A stretch of DNA of 64,000 nt, taken from positions 5,372 to 69,371 of the forward strand of contig JAZKCT010000055.1 in NCBI GenBank assembly GCA_040387995.1, in the 5' to 3' direction. The translations under genes were made by a program, and so were the position numbers. This document shows positions 21,943-32,339 of this stretch, piece after piece. Origin of the DNA: Bacteroidota bacterium. GTDB taxonomy: Bacteria; Bacteroidota; Bacteroidia; Sphingobacteriales; Sphingobacteriaceae. Numbering within the stretch: position 1 is the first letter of the stretch; every line of letters starts with the position of its first letter. The notes beneath the pieces were generated by a model. It saw only the letters and a program-made list of their open reading frames with translations. It had not been told where the DNA came from and made no database searches.

Positions 21943-22998
21943 TCAATTGAGCTTTGGCTTATATTTAGAAAGGTTAAGAATTTTCTGGGCATCCTTTTCG
22001 GCCATCAGTTCCTGCAGTGTCACGTCCTTGTTTTCTTTCATATACTGTCTTACAATTTGCCAGCCGGTCCAGATACCTAGCTTGGGCGCAGACTCCGTTC
22101 TCTCTCCCAGGCCAGGTGTAAAAGGCCCCTCACTAAGGTATACCTGTATGTTTTCATAATTAGTTTCATACAGCAGATTATTTTGGAGGTAGAATCCCCA
22201 CAAATCACCTTCAAAGTGTTTGCACCATTCGATTTGCTTGGTTGTATAACCGATCTTGACCGAATCTGGTGTTTGATCTGGTAGTACCTGGTCCATAAAA
22301 TAGAGAATTTTTCCATTGTGAACCATCTTGCTGAGCAATGTGCGGTCCTCGTCCTTTGCAGGAAATAATTCTTCCCTTGCAAAGGTTTCCGTAACTCTGG
22401 GAACCAGGTATTCCGGAGCGAAGCGACGGGAAAGATAAACGGGAACGCTCGTAACGATGGCCTTGTAAAATTTGCTGTCTTTGCCCATAAACATATCCAG
22501 CCCAATACCCAAATAGTCATCTCCAACCGGAGTTTGTACAGCAAAACCAGATACAAAATAAACCAGTCTCGGAATTTTTACTTTTGGATAATAGTACCTG
22601 ATGTATTTAAAAGTTTCTGTCAGCTGCTCGTTATAAGGAGATAAATCTTTGAATACGCTATCTACCTCTTTCTGCAGATCGGCATATGCCGTATCGTTAT
22701 ACATCATTGCAGCGATTTTCTCAGTTGTGTATTCTCCATTTCCCACCATTCTGTGCGCAAAATCATCATAGAATGAACCATACTTTTTGTGCAGGAAAGC
22801 ATCAGTTTCTTTGATGTTCTTAGGTTTCCCTTCATAAAGATCACGATCAAAACGCTGCGCCTTTAAATCAACACGTATGTCGCCAATGTCAGGTTTATTC
22901 GTAGGATTGCAGGACACCATTAATATAGACTGAGAAAAAAAAGCAGTCACAAATAGAAAAAATAGATAGCTTTGACGGGATTTGACGTTATATCTCAT
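21943..22998 (-). CDS. gldB: Gliding motility lipoprotein GldB
   Basis: Lipobox LMVSC, RFDRDL, LGIGLDMFMG, EGPFTPGL...SAPKLGIWTGWQIVRQYM; start placed at MRYNV. Confidence 0.88.
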   Translation of the reverse strand: MRYNVKSRQSYLFFLFVTAFFSQSILMVSCNPTNKPDIGDIRVDLKAQRFDRDLYEGKPKNIKETDAFLHKKYGSFYDDFAHRMVGNGEYTTEKIAAMMYNDTAYADLQKEVDSVFKDLSPYNEQLTETFKYIRYYYPKVKIPRLVYFVSGFAVQTPVGDDYLGIGLDMFMGKDSKFYKAIVTSVPVYLSRRFAPEYLVPRVTETFAREELFPAKDEDRTLLSKMVHNGKILYFMDQVLPDQTPDSVKIGYTTKQIEWCKHFEGDLWGFYLQNNLLYETNYENIQVYLSEGPFTPGLGERTESAPKLGIWTGWQIVRQYMKENKDVTLQELMAEKDAQKILNLSKYKPKLN

Positions 22999-23053
22999 TG
23001 TAAACAAATATAAAAATACTTTTTCCATGCCTCGTGCTCTTAATAAAAATTAT

Positions 23054-23731
23054 ATGAAAAGAACCCTGATCGCCCTGCTGCTTATATTTTCGGCCAATTG
23101 TGTACTTGCACAAGACTTCGGTAAGACTTATGGATTCAGATTGGGGTTAACAGCACACCCTACTGTAGGATGGTTAAAGCCACAGGTCGGCAAAAGCAAT
23201 GGTGTTTCCCTTGGTTTTGCTTATGGCTTACTGGCGGATTTTAATTTTGCTGAAAATTATAGCTTTTCTACCGGACTGACCATTACTACGATCAATGGTA
23301 AAAGCACGGAAATCAACACACCTTATTATACTGCTCAGATACCGGCAGCCGGATCTGCACAAAACCCCCTGGAAATCAAATATAAACTACAATATGTAGA
23401 GTTGCCCTTCACCCTGAAACTTAGAACCGTAAAGATCGGTGAGGTTCGCTGGTATGGGCAATTTGGTTTATCCAACGACTTTAATATTGGGGCTAAGCAA
23501 GACGTCGACGTGACGGGTGGTTCCAAATACACTGACCTTAAGGTAGCTGATAATATCAAATTTTACAGGGCCGGACTAATCATCGGTGCCGGTGGCGAAT
23601 TCAATATTGGCGGACAGTCCAGCATCACAGCCGGCCTTACCTTCAACAATGGATTTACCGACATCACCGAGGATAAGGATACAAGCGTACGAAATCACTA
23701 TATTGGTATTAACCTGGGTATTTTCTTTTAA
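23054..23731 (+). CDS. Outer-membrane beta-barrel (porin/PorT-like family)
   Basis: Signal peptide MKRTLIALLL..., LQYVELPFTLK motif, terminal aromatic GIFF. Confidence 0.75.
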   Translation: MKRTLIALLLIFSANCVLAQDFGKTYGFRLGLTAHPTVGWLKPQVGKSNGVSLGFAYGLLADFNFAENYSFSTGLTITTINGKSTEINTPYYTAQIPAAGSAQNPLEIKYKLQYVELPFTLKLRTVKIGEVRWYGQFGLSNDFNIGAKQDVDVTGGSKYTDLKVADNIKFYRAGLIIGAGGEFNIGGQSSITAGLTFNNGFTDITEDKDTSVRNHYIGINLGIFF

Positions 23732-23749
23732 ACCGTATTTTTTAGACAC

Positions 23750-25390
23750 ATGAAAATAGCACTGGCGCAGCTCAACTACCATATTGGTAATTTTGAACAC
23801 AACACTAAAAAAATAACAGACCACATACAGTTGGCAAAAGAACAGGGTGCTGATCTGGTCGTGTTCGCAGAACTGGCTTTGTGCGGTTATCCGCCAAGAG
23901 ATTTTCTTGAATTTGATGAGTTCATTGACCTCTGCGAAGCTTCTGCCAGAGATATCGCTTCGCATTGCCATGGCATTGCCTGTATTGTTGGCCTGCCGGT
24001 AAGAAACGAAACGCTGGCAGGTAAGGACCTGTATAACGCGGCTTATTTTATTGAAGACGGCAAGATTAAATCTGTCATTAAAAAAGCACTGCTGCCCAAT
24101 TATGATGTCTTTGATGAGTACCGATATTTCGAGCCCTCCAGAGAATTTGACTGTATTGAATTTAGGGGACGCAAAATTGCTGTAACCATTTGTGAAGATC
24201 TTTGGAACATCAACAACAATCCTTTATATGTGTCCAATCCAATGGATGAGCTCATTCAGCAGGCTCCGGACTTGATGATCAACATTGCAGCTTCGCCGTT
24301 TTCTTATCTGCATGATGAAGAAAGGGTGATTGTACTGTCTGACAATGCAAAAAAATACAATTTGCCGCTTTTGTATGTAAACCAGGTTGGTGCACAGACA
24401 GAAATTGTTTTTGACGGAGGCTCATTGGTGCTTGACAGCGCCGGTAATGTGCTGGATGAAATGCCTTATTTTGAAGAAGCTTTGCGGGTATACGAATTGG
24501 AGGGACAGGATGTAAGAGGTTACAGTCCGGTATCCCGTAAGGTCGTTCCTGATGTGCAGCAGATTCACGATGCACTCATCCTTGGCATACAGGATTACTT
24601 TGGTAAATCAGGTTTCAACAAAGCTGTATTGGGCTTATCAGGCGGTATTGATTCTGCCATCGTCTGTGCTTTGGCCTGTCGTGCGCTTGGCCCTGAAAAC
24701 GTCATGGCCGTTTTGATGCCATCCAAATATTCCTCAGACCATTCCATTAAAGACGCGCTGGATTTGGTAACTAATTTTGGCTGTAAACATGAAATCATCC
24801 CTATTGAGGAAGCTGCAGAGGCTTTTGACAAGATGATGGCGCCAGCGTTTAGCGGACAACCCTTTAATTTAACCGAAGAAAACATCCAAGCCAGATGCAG
24901 GGGAGTCGTAGTAATGGCGATGTCTAATAAGTTCGGCTATATCTTGCTCAATACTTCCAATAAAAGTGAGTGCGCAGTAGGCTACGGCACGCTATATGGC
25001 GATATGTGTGGCGCTTTGGGTGTCATCGGTGATGTGTATAAAACACAGGTCTACCAACTGGCCGGTTATATCAACAAAGACAAAGAGCTTATACCGTTAA
25101 ACTCTATCGTTAAGCCCCCTTCTGCCGAACTACGTCCTGGTCAGAAGGATTCTGATTCTTTGCCAGAATACGATGAGCTGGACAGCATCCTGTTTCAGTA
25201 CATCGAAAAGAAACAAAGTTCGGCTGCCATTATCGCCCAGGGTTTTGAAGAAAGCCTGGTCAGGCGCATCATCAAAATGGTGAATACCGCAGAATTCAAA
25301 CGGTATCAGACGCCGCCAATCCTTCGGGTATCTCCAAAGGCATTTGGCATGGGCCGCAGAATGCCGATAGTAGGAAAGTACCTTTCTTAA
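23750..25390 (+). CDS. nadE: Glutamine-dependent NAD+ synthetase
   Basis: N-terminal nitrilase domain (E..K..ICED), LGLSGGIDS, NTSNKSE, KPPSAELRPGQKDSD. Confidence 0.96.
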   Translation: MKIALAQLNYHIGNFEHNTKKITDHIQLAKEQGADLVVFAELALCGYPPRDFLEFDEFIDLCEASARDIASHCHGIACIVGLPVRNETLAGKDLYNAAYFIEDGKIKSVIKKALLPNYDVFDEYRYFEPSREFDCIEFRGRKIAVTICEDLWNINNNPLYVSNPMDELIQQAPDLMINIAASPFSYLHDEERVIVLSDNAKKYNLPLLYVNQVGAQTEIVFDGGSLVLDSAGNVLDEMPYFEEALRVYELEGQDVRGYSPVSRKVVPDVQQIHDALILGIQDYFGKSGFNKAVLGLSGGIDSAIVCALACRALGPENVMAVLMPSKYSSDHSIKDALDLVTNFGCKHEIIPIEEAAEAFDKMMAPAFSGQPFNLTEENIQARCRGVVVMAMSNKFGYILLNTSNKSECAVGYGTLYGDMCGALGVIGDVYKTQVYQLAGYINKDKELIPLNSIVKPPSAELRPGQKDSDSLPEYDELDSILFQYIEKKQSSAAIIAQGFEESLVRRIIKMVNTAEFKRYQTPPILRVSPKAFGMGRRMPIVGKYLS

Positions 25391-27009
25391 AATTTGGATT
25401 GCTTACCCGCTCTTGAGGCCGTAAACTTATGATAAGGGATGATCAGCGCAAGCAGAATACCTAGCAAAGATAAAGTCATAGGGATAAAATCCCCGTTCTT
25501 GACATAAAATGTCGATTCGTCATTCAAATTGATATCTGCCTTAAGTGCCGTTCTGGTCCACCATTTGGTTTGCTGTAATAAATTTCCCTTCTGATCAATA
25601 ATGCCGGAAATCCCTGTATTCGCCGATCTTACCACATAACGGCGTGTTTCAATTGCCCTCAGTTTCGCATACAGCAGGTGCTGGTCTTTTCCAGAAGTAT
25701 TGCCCCACCAGCCGTCGTTGGTAATGATGGCAATGAATTGGGCGCCATTTTTCACCGCTTCGCCGATCCAGTTTCCCCATAGCGATTCATAACAAACAAC
25801 CGGAGCCGCTCCGATGCCCTGCTGAGAATAAAATACGCCAGGTTTTTCCTGAGTTCCATAGCCACCTATAGAGCCTCCAAATCCTTCAAATACTGGCGCC
25901 AGAAACGACAATGCTTCCGGAAACGGCATTCTTTCCACTCCTGGTACGAGTTTAGATTTATGATAAAACTGTACATTCGCCGAATTTTCAATCTGCATGG
26001 CGGAATTAAAGACATCTACATAAGTCAGTGGATCCACTTTTCTGGCACTTACAGTTTCCTGGCTATTGTAAAACTTTATCGTTTCAATTCCGGTAATCAG
26101 GCTCGCATTTTTATATTTTTCCAAAAAATGCTGAGCAGTAATAAAATCTGAATTGCTGCGTATGTTGTCTTCATTGTTCTGTCTGCTTGATATCGCTGTT
26201 TCAGGCCAAATAAAATATTCTGTATTGGGCTGGGCAATGGAATCCGATAAATGACTGAGGATCTCGAGTTGCTCAGCAGAAGAGAGGCTCGTGAATTTGT
26301 CATAAGGGTCAATGTTTGGTTGTACGACCACGACATTCACCGGCACAGATTTTTCGGTGTACTGGTTATATAGAAACAATGACAGTCCCGCAGGAACGAT
26401 GATTGTGCAAAGCCAAACCAAAGCCATAGATCGCTTCCTGGTGCTGTAGGCTTCATAGGCAAGGATATTGCTCAGCAGGATCCATAGTGAACCGCCATAC
26501 ACGCCTGTATATTCATACCACTGTGCCAACTGGTGCATTCCGGAGAAGCCATTGCCTAGTGTCATCCAGGGAAAGGCCAGCTGCCAACTTTCATGCAGGT
26601 ATTCCATGGCGATGTAAAAACAAATCAAACCGAGATAGGCGATAAACCGGTTTGCAACCCTGCCCAGACGGTAATAGAGCCAAAAGGCAAAAGTCATCAG
26701 TAAAGCCCCCAATCCATAGGGAATCAATGAGACAAAAAAAGCGACATAAGGGTTGTTGACCGCGCTAATCGCGTTGTAGACCCAATAAATGGAGGCCGTG
26801 TTCCAAACCAGGAAACAAAGGCCGGCAGTTAGAAATATCTTTTTTCCTTTTTTCGCTGCGTCAGTCTCCTTAATTTTATTCAGTGCAATCAGCAATGGCA
26901 CCAGTCCCACCAGCAATAAAGGGGTAGTGTAAGGAATAGGGGGCCAGGCCAGCCACAATAAAAAAGCACTGAGCAGCGCGAGCGCAAACGGATTTTTAAA
27001 AGCGTTCAT
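25387..27009 (-). CDS. lnt: Apolipoprotein N-acyltransferase
   Basis: FPWMTLG, QPNIDPYDKF, WPETA, KSKLVPGVE, VCYES, TNDGWW, RSANTGIS. Confidence 0.95.
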   Translation of the reverse strand: MNAFKNPFALALLSAFLLWLAWPPIPYTTPLLLVGLVPLLIALNKIKETDAAKKGKKIFLTAGLCFLVWNTASIYWVYNAISAVNNPYVAFFVSLIPYGLGALLMTFAFWLYYRLGRVANRFIAYLGLICFYIAMEYLHESWQLAFPWMTLGNGFSGMHQLAQWYEYTGVYGGSLWILLSNILAYEAYSTRKRSMALVWLCTIIVPAGLSLFLYNQYTEKSVPVNVVVVQPNIDPYDKFTSLSSAEQLEILSHLSDSIAQPNTEYFIWPETAISSRQNNEDNIRSNSDFITAQHFLEKYKNASLITGIETIKFYNSQETVSARKVDPLTYVDVFNSAMQIENSANVQFYHKSKLVPGVERMPFPEALSFLAPVFEGFGGSIGGYGTQEKPGVFYSQQGIGAAPVVCYESLWGNWIGEAVKNGAQFIAIITNDGWWGNTSGKDQHLLYAKLRAIETRRYVVRSANTGISGIIDQKGNLLQQTKWWTRTALKADINLNDESTFYVKNGDFIPMTLSLLGILLALIIPYHKFTASRAGKQSKF

Positions 27010-27018
27010 GGAACCAGG

Positions 27019-27684
27019 TTATAGGCTGTCTAAAATATCACCTTTTTTGGCCTCGTATTCTTCTTGTGTTATCAAGTGCTTGTCATAAAGGGTTTTCAGC
27101 TTTCTCAATTTTAAAGTTGTCTCATCTTCCGGAGCTTCAACGGGCGCAGGCGTAGGGGCGGGTTGCGCTATAACTGGCTTTTCTTCCTCTGCAGGTGCAA
27201 CAGGAGGTGCATAAGGTTCTTCCGCTACTGCATTTACCGTTACCGGCGAAGGTTTAGCGCGTCTTTCTTCTACTTCTGCAAGGTGCTGCTGTTCTTTAAA
27301 TTGATCCAGTTGCTCATAAGCAGCCTGGTAAAGTTTGCGTGCCTGTACTTTCGGAATGTATTCGGTGACTATATTTTCTCCATGCAAGGGCACGCAGATA
27401 AATTTAGAGCCAAAAATTTCCTCTTTAAATGAGACCTCTTTGATGTTTTTCCAGGAAATGTCTTTAAAGTTCATGGTAAAACCCAGATTGCCGGGTGTGC
27501 AATAAAAAATACGACGGGTGCTTACTGCAATGCAGTCCGGTAAAATATTTACTGCAGGTTTCTTCTGAACAGCCAGGTAAATCAGTTCTTCACTGGCGGT
27601 CAGCATGTCGTTCAACTTGCCCAATACTTTCTCTACCGCTTTTGGATCCTGTTCGTCACTTAAAAATCTATCTATTAAATTCAT
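27019..27684 (-). CDS. Bacterial PH-domain protein with C-terminal SHOCT domain
   Basis: N-terminal PH-like region, Pro/Ala/Glu linker, LRKLKTLYDKHLITQEEYEAKK SHOCT motif. Confidence 0.75.
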   Translation of the reverse strand: MNLIDRFLSDEQDPKAVEKVLGKLNDMLTASEELIYLAVQKKPAVNILPDCIAVSTRRIFYCTPGNLGFTMNFKDISWKNIKEVSFKEEIFGSKFICVPLHGENIVTEYIPKVQARKLYQAAYEQLDQFKEQQHLAEVEERRAKPSPVTVNAVAEEPYAPPVAPAEEEKPVIAQPAPTPAPVEAPEDETTLKLRKLKTLYDKHLITQEEYEAKKGDILDSL

Positions 27685-27725
27685 GTTGTCCTATCCTTAT
27701 TGTTTTTTTTATCGTTTTGTCTTTT

Positions 27726-27754
27726 CGTCATCTCGACGATAGGAGAGAGCTCTT
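27726..27754. repeat. REP-like element, half copy (copy 2)
   Basis: CGTCATCTCGACGATAGGAGAGAGCTCTT matches the left arm of copies 1 and 3. Confidence 0.7.
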
Positions 27755-27767
27755 ACATAGCGTGATG

Positions 27768-28478
27768 TCATGGTACCTCTTTATATTTCGATTTCTTCTT
27801 TACCTCCTCGGCTCCAGCGATACAAATTACGAATTCCCCCTTTAATATATTGTTTTCGAAATGTGATTTTATCTCCGTCAATGTGCCTCTTACCGTTTCT
27901 TCGTACAATTTCGTAAGCTCCCTGCTTACTGAAGCCTGCCGGTCAGCCCCCAGATATTGTGCAAATTCCTCGAGTGTTTTCAGGAGCCGGTGCGGACTTT
28001 CATACAAGACGATTGTCCTTTCTTCTTCAGCCAGTTTCTTAAAGCGTGTTTGCCTGCCTTTTTTTACTGGAAGGAAACCTTCGAATACAAAACTATCGGA
28101 GGGTAAACCGGAATTGACCAGTGCCGGAACAAATGCCGTAGCTCCCGGCAGGCATTCTACAAGCAGGTCATTCTTGATCGCTTCCCTGACCAGAAAAAAT
28201 CCAGGATCAGAGATCGCGGGTGTTCCGGCATCAGAGATCAAAGCCACATTTTTTCCTTCCTTCAAAAATTTGATAATTTCTGAGGTAGCCTGGTGCTCAT
28301 TGTGCTGGTGATGGGAATAGGCTTTTTTATCAATACCAAAGTGTTTTAGCATGGGCGCACTGGTACGCGTGTCCTCCGCCAGAATTACATCTACCTCCTT
28401 TAAAATGCGAATCGCCCTGAAGGTCATGTCCTCCAGATTTCCGATCGGCGTGGGTATGAGAAACAGTTTACCTTCCAT
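27768..28478 (-). CDS. rsmI: 16S rRNA C1402 2'-O-methyltransferase
   Basis: PTPIGNLEDMTFRA, AEDTR, SDAGTPAISDPG, YESPHRL, RELTKLYEE. Confidence 0.96.
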   Translation of the reverse strand: MEGKLFLIPTPIGNLEDMTFRAIRILKEVDVILAEDTRTSAPMLKHFGIDKKAYSHHQHNEHQATSEIIKFLKEGKNVALISDAGTPAISDPGFFLVREAIKNDLLVECLPGATAFVPALVNSGLPSDSFVFEGFLPVKKGRQTRFKKLAEEERTIVLYESPHRLLKTLEEFAQYLGADRQASVSRELTKLYEETVRGTLTEIKSHFENNILKGEFVICIAGAEEVKKKSKYKEVP

Positions 28479-28530
28479 ATTTATTAGCTAACCGGTTAAA
28501 CTCGGCATTCGCAATGACGACTTAAGTTCT

Positions 28531-28538
28531 TATCTTTG
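28531..28538 (+). promoter_or_regulatory. Bacteroidota -7 promoter element for serS
   Basis: TATCTTTG, 16 bp before the serS ATG. Confidence 0.6.
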
Positions 28539-28554
28539 TTTAAAAAATAAAATA

Positions 28555-29826
28555 ATGCTGCAAGTTAATTATATCCGCGAAAATAGAGAGAAAGTTTTAG
28601 AGCGACTGAGTGTACGTAATTTTAAACAACCTGAACTGGTAGACGAAATCATCCAAATTGATGAAGAGCGCAGACAGGTCCAAACTTCGCTGGATAACTT
28701 GTCGGCCATTGCCAATGCGAGTGCCAAACAGATTGGTGAACTGATGCGCAGCGGTAAAAAGGAAGAGGCGGAGGTGTTAAAATCTGAAACGACCAACAAC
28801 AAGGAACAACATAAAAAATTGTCTGACCACCTCACACAGCTGGAGCTTCAACTGCATAACCACATTGTGCAATTGCCAAACCTGCCGCACCAATTGGTGA
28901 AAACAGGGAGCACAGCAGAGGAAAATGAAGTAGTTTATACACACGGACAACCGGCTGAATTGCCTGAAAGTGCCATACCGCATTGGGAACTGACTGCTAA
29001 ATATGATATTATCGATTTTGAGCTAGGTACTAAAATCACAGGAGCAGGTTTCCCGGTATATAAGGGCAAAGGGGCGAGGCTTCAACGGGCTTTGATCAAC
29101 TTCTTTTTAGACCATGCTACTGAAGCAGGTTACAGAGAGATGCAGGTACCCCATTTGGTCAATGAAGCTTCAGGCTTTGGTACAGGCCAATTACCCGATA
29201 AAGAGGGACAGATGTACCATGCAGGAGTAGACAACCTGTACCTCATCCCGACGGCAGAGGTTCCTGTAACCAACCTTTACAGGGATGTGATCCTGAAAGA
29301 AGAAGAACTGCCAATAAAAAATACGGCCTATACCCCTTGTTTCCGGAGAGAGGCCGGTTCTTATGGCGCCCACGTACGCGGATTGAACAGACTTCACCAG
29401 TTTGACAAGGTTGAAGTCGTACAGGTCGTTCATCCAGACCAGTCTTACGAAGTGCTGGAGCAAATGAGTGCTTATGTGCAGTCGCTGCTTCAGGAGCTGG
29501 GCCTGCATTACCGCGTACTGCGCCTTTGCGGAGGCGATATGGGCTTTACCTCAGCAATGACTTATGACATGGAAGTCTGGAGTGCTGCCCAGCAACGGTG
29601 GCTGGAGGTATCTTCTGTGTCCAATTTTGAAACCTACCAGAGCAACAGGTTAAAACTCAGATTCAAAGGTGCTTCTGGTAAAACACAACTGGCACATACG
29701 TTAAATGGCAGTGCATTGGCCTTGCCACGTATTGTTGCCTCTATTTTAGAAAACAACCAGACAGAGCGGGGGATCAAGATTCCTGAAGCTTTGGTAAAAT
29801 ATACCGGTTTCGAATATATCGATTAA
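28555..29826 (+). CDS. serS: Seryl-tRNA synthetase
   Basis: N-terminal coiled coil, LIPTAEVPV, CFRREAGSYG..RGL.RLHQFDKVE, HTLNGSALA.PR. Confidence 0.98.
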   Translation: MLQVNYIRENREKVLERLSVRNFKQPELVDEIIQIDEERRQVQTSLDNLSAIANASAKQIGELMRSGKKEEAEVLKSETTNNKEQHKKLSDHLTQLELQLHNHIVQLPNLPHQLVKTGSTAEENEVVYTHGQPAELPESAIPHWELTAKYDIIDFELGTKITGAGFPVYKGKGARLQRALINFFLDHATEAGYREMQVPHLVNEASGFGTGQLPDKEGQMYHAGVDNLYLIPTAEVPVTNLYRDVILKEEELPIKNTAYTPCFRREAGSYGAHVRGLNRLHQFDKVEVVQVVHPDQSYEVLEQMSAYVQSLLQELGLHYRVLRLCGGDMGFTSAMTYDMEVWSAAQQRWLEVSSVSNFETYQSNRLKLRFKGASGKTQLAHTLNGSALALPRIVASILENNQTERGIKIPEALVKYTGFEYID

Positions 29827-29909
29827 AAGCAAGTTCGCCTTAAAGGCAAGTAGTCTTCTTAAAGCCAGGCAGTCGTCTTAACGCTATTCGGTCGTCATAA
29901 TGGTCCGGT

Positions 29910-30010
29910 CGTCCTCTCGACGATAGGAGAGATCTCTTGGTTTAGTAGGAAAGATTAGTATTAAGAGCTTAGCTCAGACAAGAGACCTCTCACATACGTT
30001 CGAGATGACG
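29910..30010. repeat. REP-like palindromic element, copy 3, with trailing degenerate AGATGAC repeats to about 30055
   Basis: Left arm CGTCCTCTCGACGATAGGAGAGATCTCTTG, right arm CAAGAGACCTCTC...TCGAGATGACG; shares CAGACAAGAGA with copy 1. Confidence 0.75.
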
Positions 30011-30062
30011 GAGCAGATTTAAGATGACTAAGCAGATCCGAGATGGACGGAGCACAAAAAAG

Positions 30063-30094
30063 AAAGCCCAGATGCAAATCCGGGCTTTTGTTTT
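30063..30094. terminator. Bidirectional terminator between serS and the convergent small gene
   Basis: AAAGCCC..GAT / ATC..GGGCTTT stem flanked by A and T tracts. Confidence 0.6.
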
Positions 30095-30127
30095 AAATAG
30101 GTAGGTAATTATATAGGGAGGATGTAA

Positions 30128-30439
30128 TTAAAGGATAAGGATCAGCAATAAAATGATAATGATGATCGCACCTACTGAAAGATAAACACCACCGCCCATT
30201 GCTTTGGCTTCTTGTTTCAGTCCTTTCAATTCTGTTTTTAATGCTTTTTTCTCTTCTCTGGACAATTGCGATTTGTCCATGGACCTGATCTCTTCCACGC
30301 GGTTCTGGATTCGTTCCAGTTGGACTTTCTGTTCAGCCGTCATTTCAGTTTTCGCCTTGTTGTTGCTTGCAGCAGAAACAGTATTTGCACTGATGGTCAG
30401 TGTGAAAATCAGCACTAGGGAGTAGATCAATTTTTTCAT
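30128..30439 (-). CDS. Small secreted helical hypothetical protein with hydrophobic C-terminal tail
   Basis: Signal peptide, coiled-coil middle, GGGVYLSVGAIIIIILLLILIL end. Confidence 0.8.
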   Translation of the reverse strand: MKKLIYSLVLIFTLTISANTVSAASNNKAKTEMTAEQKVQLERIQNRVEEIRSMDKSQLSREEKKALKTELKGLKQEAKAMGGGVYLSVGAIIIIILLLILIL

Positions 30440-30475
30440 AAGATTCGGGTTTTAGTATCAGTTATTCTTAATAAC

Positions 30476-30510
30476 AAAAAACCTACCAAAAACAATTGGT
30501 AGGTTTTTTT
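30476..30510. terminator. Intrinsic terminator after the SIMPL gene
   Basis: AAAAAACCTACCAA / TTGGTAGGTTTTTT inverted repeat. Confidence 0.7.
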
Positions 30511-30558
30511 TACTGTTTTTTAATAAAAGTGTCTACTTCAGTAGTCAGAGCGTACTAT

Positions 30559-31266
30559 TTATTTGATCTCAAATACCGTATTCATCACGTAGTTGAGTTT
30601 GATTTTTTTGAAGTCAATTTCAGGAGCAGATGCAGCCTCTGCGTTAGCGCCGTCAAAACTGGTTTTCATCATTACGTTTCTGTACATGGCTTGTGGAAAT
30701 ACCTCGTTGTTGATCTCCTGAATGTCAATTACACTGCCCAGTTTATCGCCAAGCGCTTCAACAAGATAGGTAGCTTTGGCTTTTGCAGCTTGTAAGGCCT
30801 GGATCTTCAATTCCCTTTTCAGGGTCTCAATTTTGGAGTAGTCATAACTCTCGATGTTGGTATAGGCAATTCCTTTCGGATCAATGGCACCAATGATCGC
30901 ATTCCATTTGTTCAGGTCGGTAACCTTCAAACGATACTGCTTGCTGGCCAAAAAATCAGGATTTTTCTTTTTCTCAGTAGTAATGGTAAAGCTCGACAGG
31001 TTGTTGATGGTCAGATTCTCTTTATCAATGCCTGCTTTTTGTACCGCAGTATACAATTGATTCTCCAGGTCTGTGATGTCCACTTTCTTTTTGCTGTTAC
31101 CATCTTTCAGGTATTCTTTCAGCGAAATGGTCAGGTAAATGATATCAGGAGTGACTTCAGTTTCAGCGGAACCGCTTACAGTGATTTTTTTTCTAAGGTC
31201 TGCTTGTTGGGCCAGGGCACTTACACTTAATAAGGCAAAGAAGGCAAGGGTGAATAACTTTTTCAT
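30559..31266 (-). CDS. SIMPL (DUF541) domain periplasmic protein
   Basis: Signal peptide, ITVSGSAETEVTPD, ALQAAKAKA.YL.EALG.KLG. Confidence 0.85.
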   Translation of the reverse strand: MKKLFTLAFFALLSVSALAQQADLRKKITVSGSAETEVTPDIIYLTISLKEYLKDGNSKKKVDITDLENQLYTAVQKAGIDKENLTINNLSSFTITTEKKKNPDFLASKQYRLKVTDLNKWNAIIGAIDPKGIAYTNIESYDYSKIETLKRELKIQALQAAKAKATYLVEALGDKLGSVIDIQEINNEVFPQAMYRNVMMKTSFDGANAEAASAPEIDFKKIKLNYVMNTVFEIK

Positions 31267-31347
31267 AATTAAATATTCTTTGTGTATTTGATAGGTAGAT
31301 GTAATTATCGTACCAATTCCACAAAGAATATTTAATTAAAATGAGGG

Positions 31348-31950
31348 TTAATCCTCAACTACTTCATTATTAGGGCCAATTTCTTCGACAGACTCTTCTT
31401 TAAAATAAGATTTCTGGAAAATCAGGATGATCACCACCCCAACTGAAATTGCCGCATCCGCTACATTGAAGACAGGTCTGAAAAATACGAAGTCTTCACC
31501 GCCCCAAATCGGTACCCATGCAGGGAACACGCCTTCCAGCAGCGGGAAATAAAACATGTCTACTACCCTTCCGTGAAACAAACCGGCATAACCATAGATT
31601 TTTCCGTAGAGAACAGAGTCGATGATATTGCCCAATGCGCCGGCAAAAATCAAGGCAACATTTAAGATCAGGCCGCGGTGGTATTTTTTCTGAATCAGGT
31701 AATGCAGACCATAGCCAATCCCTGCTACGGCAGCAATTCTGAACAAGGATAACGCAAGCTTGCCAAATTCACCACCAAACTCAAGACCAAAAGCCATTCC
31801 GTTGTTTTCGGTAAAATGAATAATAAACCAGTCACCAATAATCTTAAATTCCTGACCAATATACATATGGGTCTTAATCCAGGTCTTCAGAACCTGGTCA
31901 GCCAACAAAACAAGGAAGATGATCAACAAAGGTTTTGTATATCCCTTCAT
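31348..31950 (-). CDS. lspA: Lipoprotein signal peptidase II
   Basis: DQVLK, ENNGMAFG, GALGNIID, GRVVDM, FNVADAAISVG. Confidence 0.95.
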   Translation of the reverse strand: MKGYTKPLLIIFLVLLADQVLKTWIKTHMYIGQEFKIIGDWFIIHFTENNGMAFGLEFGGEFGKLALSLFRIAAVAGIGYGLHYLIQKKYHRGLILNVALIFAGALGNIIDSVLYGKIYGYAGLFHGRVVDMFYFPLLEGVFPAWVPIWGGEDFVFFRPVFNVADAAISVGVVIILIFQKSYFKEESVEEIGPNNEVVED

Positions 31951-32333
31951 TACGACTGCTTCAGTTTAGCTTCCATACTCAAGGTAGCATGCGGTACTGC
32001 ACGTAAACGTTCTTTCTGGATCAGTTTACCGGTTTCCCTGCAAATGCCATACGTTTTGTTCTCGATACGTACCAATGCAGCTTCCAGATTTTCAATAAAC
32101 TTTTTCTGACGTGCGGCCAGTTGGTTTAGCTGCTCTTTTTCAAGAGTAGCCGATCCATCCTCGAGGGTTTTATACGTACCTGAAGTGTCCTCTGTTCCAT
32201 TAGAATTCGGACTGCTTAACGAGCGCGACAAGTCCAGAAATTCTTCCCTTGCCATCCTTAACTTTCCCTGGATCAATTCCTTGAATTCGAGAAGTTCACT
32301 ATCCGAGTACCTGGTTTTTATAGCTTTTTCCAT
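31950..32333 (-). CDS. TraR/DksA family transcription factor
   Basis: Coiled coil then ALVRIENKTYGICRETGKLIQKERLRAVPHATL. Confidence 0.88.
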   Translation of the reverse strand: MEKAIKTRYSDSELLEFKELIQGKLRMAREEFLDLSRSLSSPNSNGTEDTSGTYKTLEDGSATLEKEQLNQLAARQKKFIENLEAALVRIENKTYGICRETGKLIQKERLRAVPHATLSMEAKLKQS

Positions 32334-32339
32334 AATATT

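Noticed and set aside
29881-30060. Short repeated units after serS considered as a CRISPR array
   Set aside because: The repeats are degenerate and irregularly spaced, have no unique spacers of constant length, and no cas genes are present; they belong to the REP-like element.
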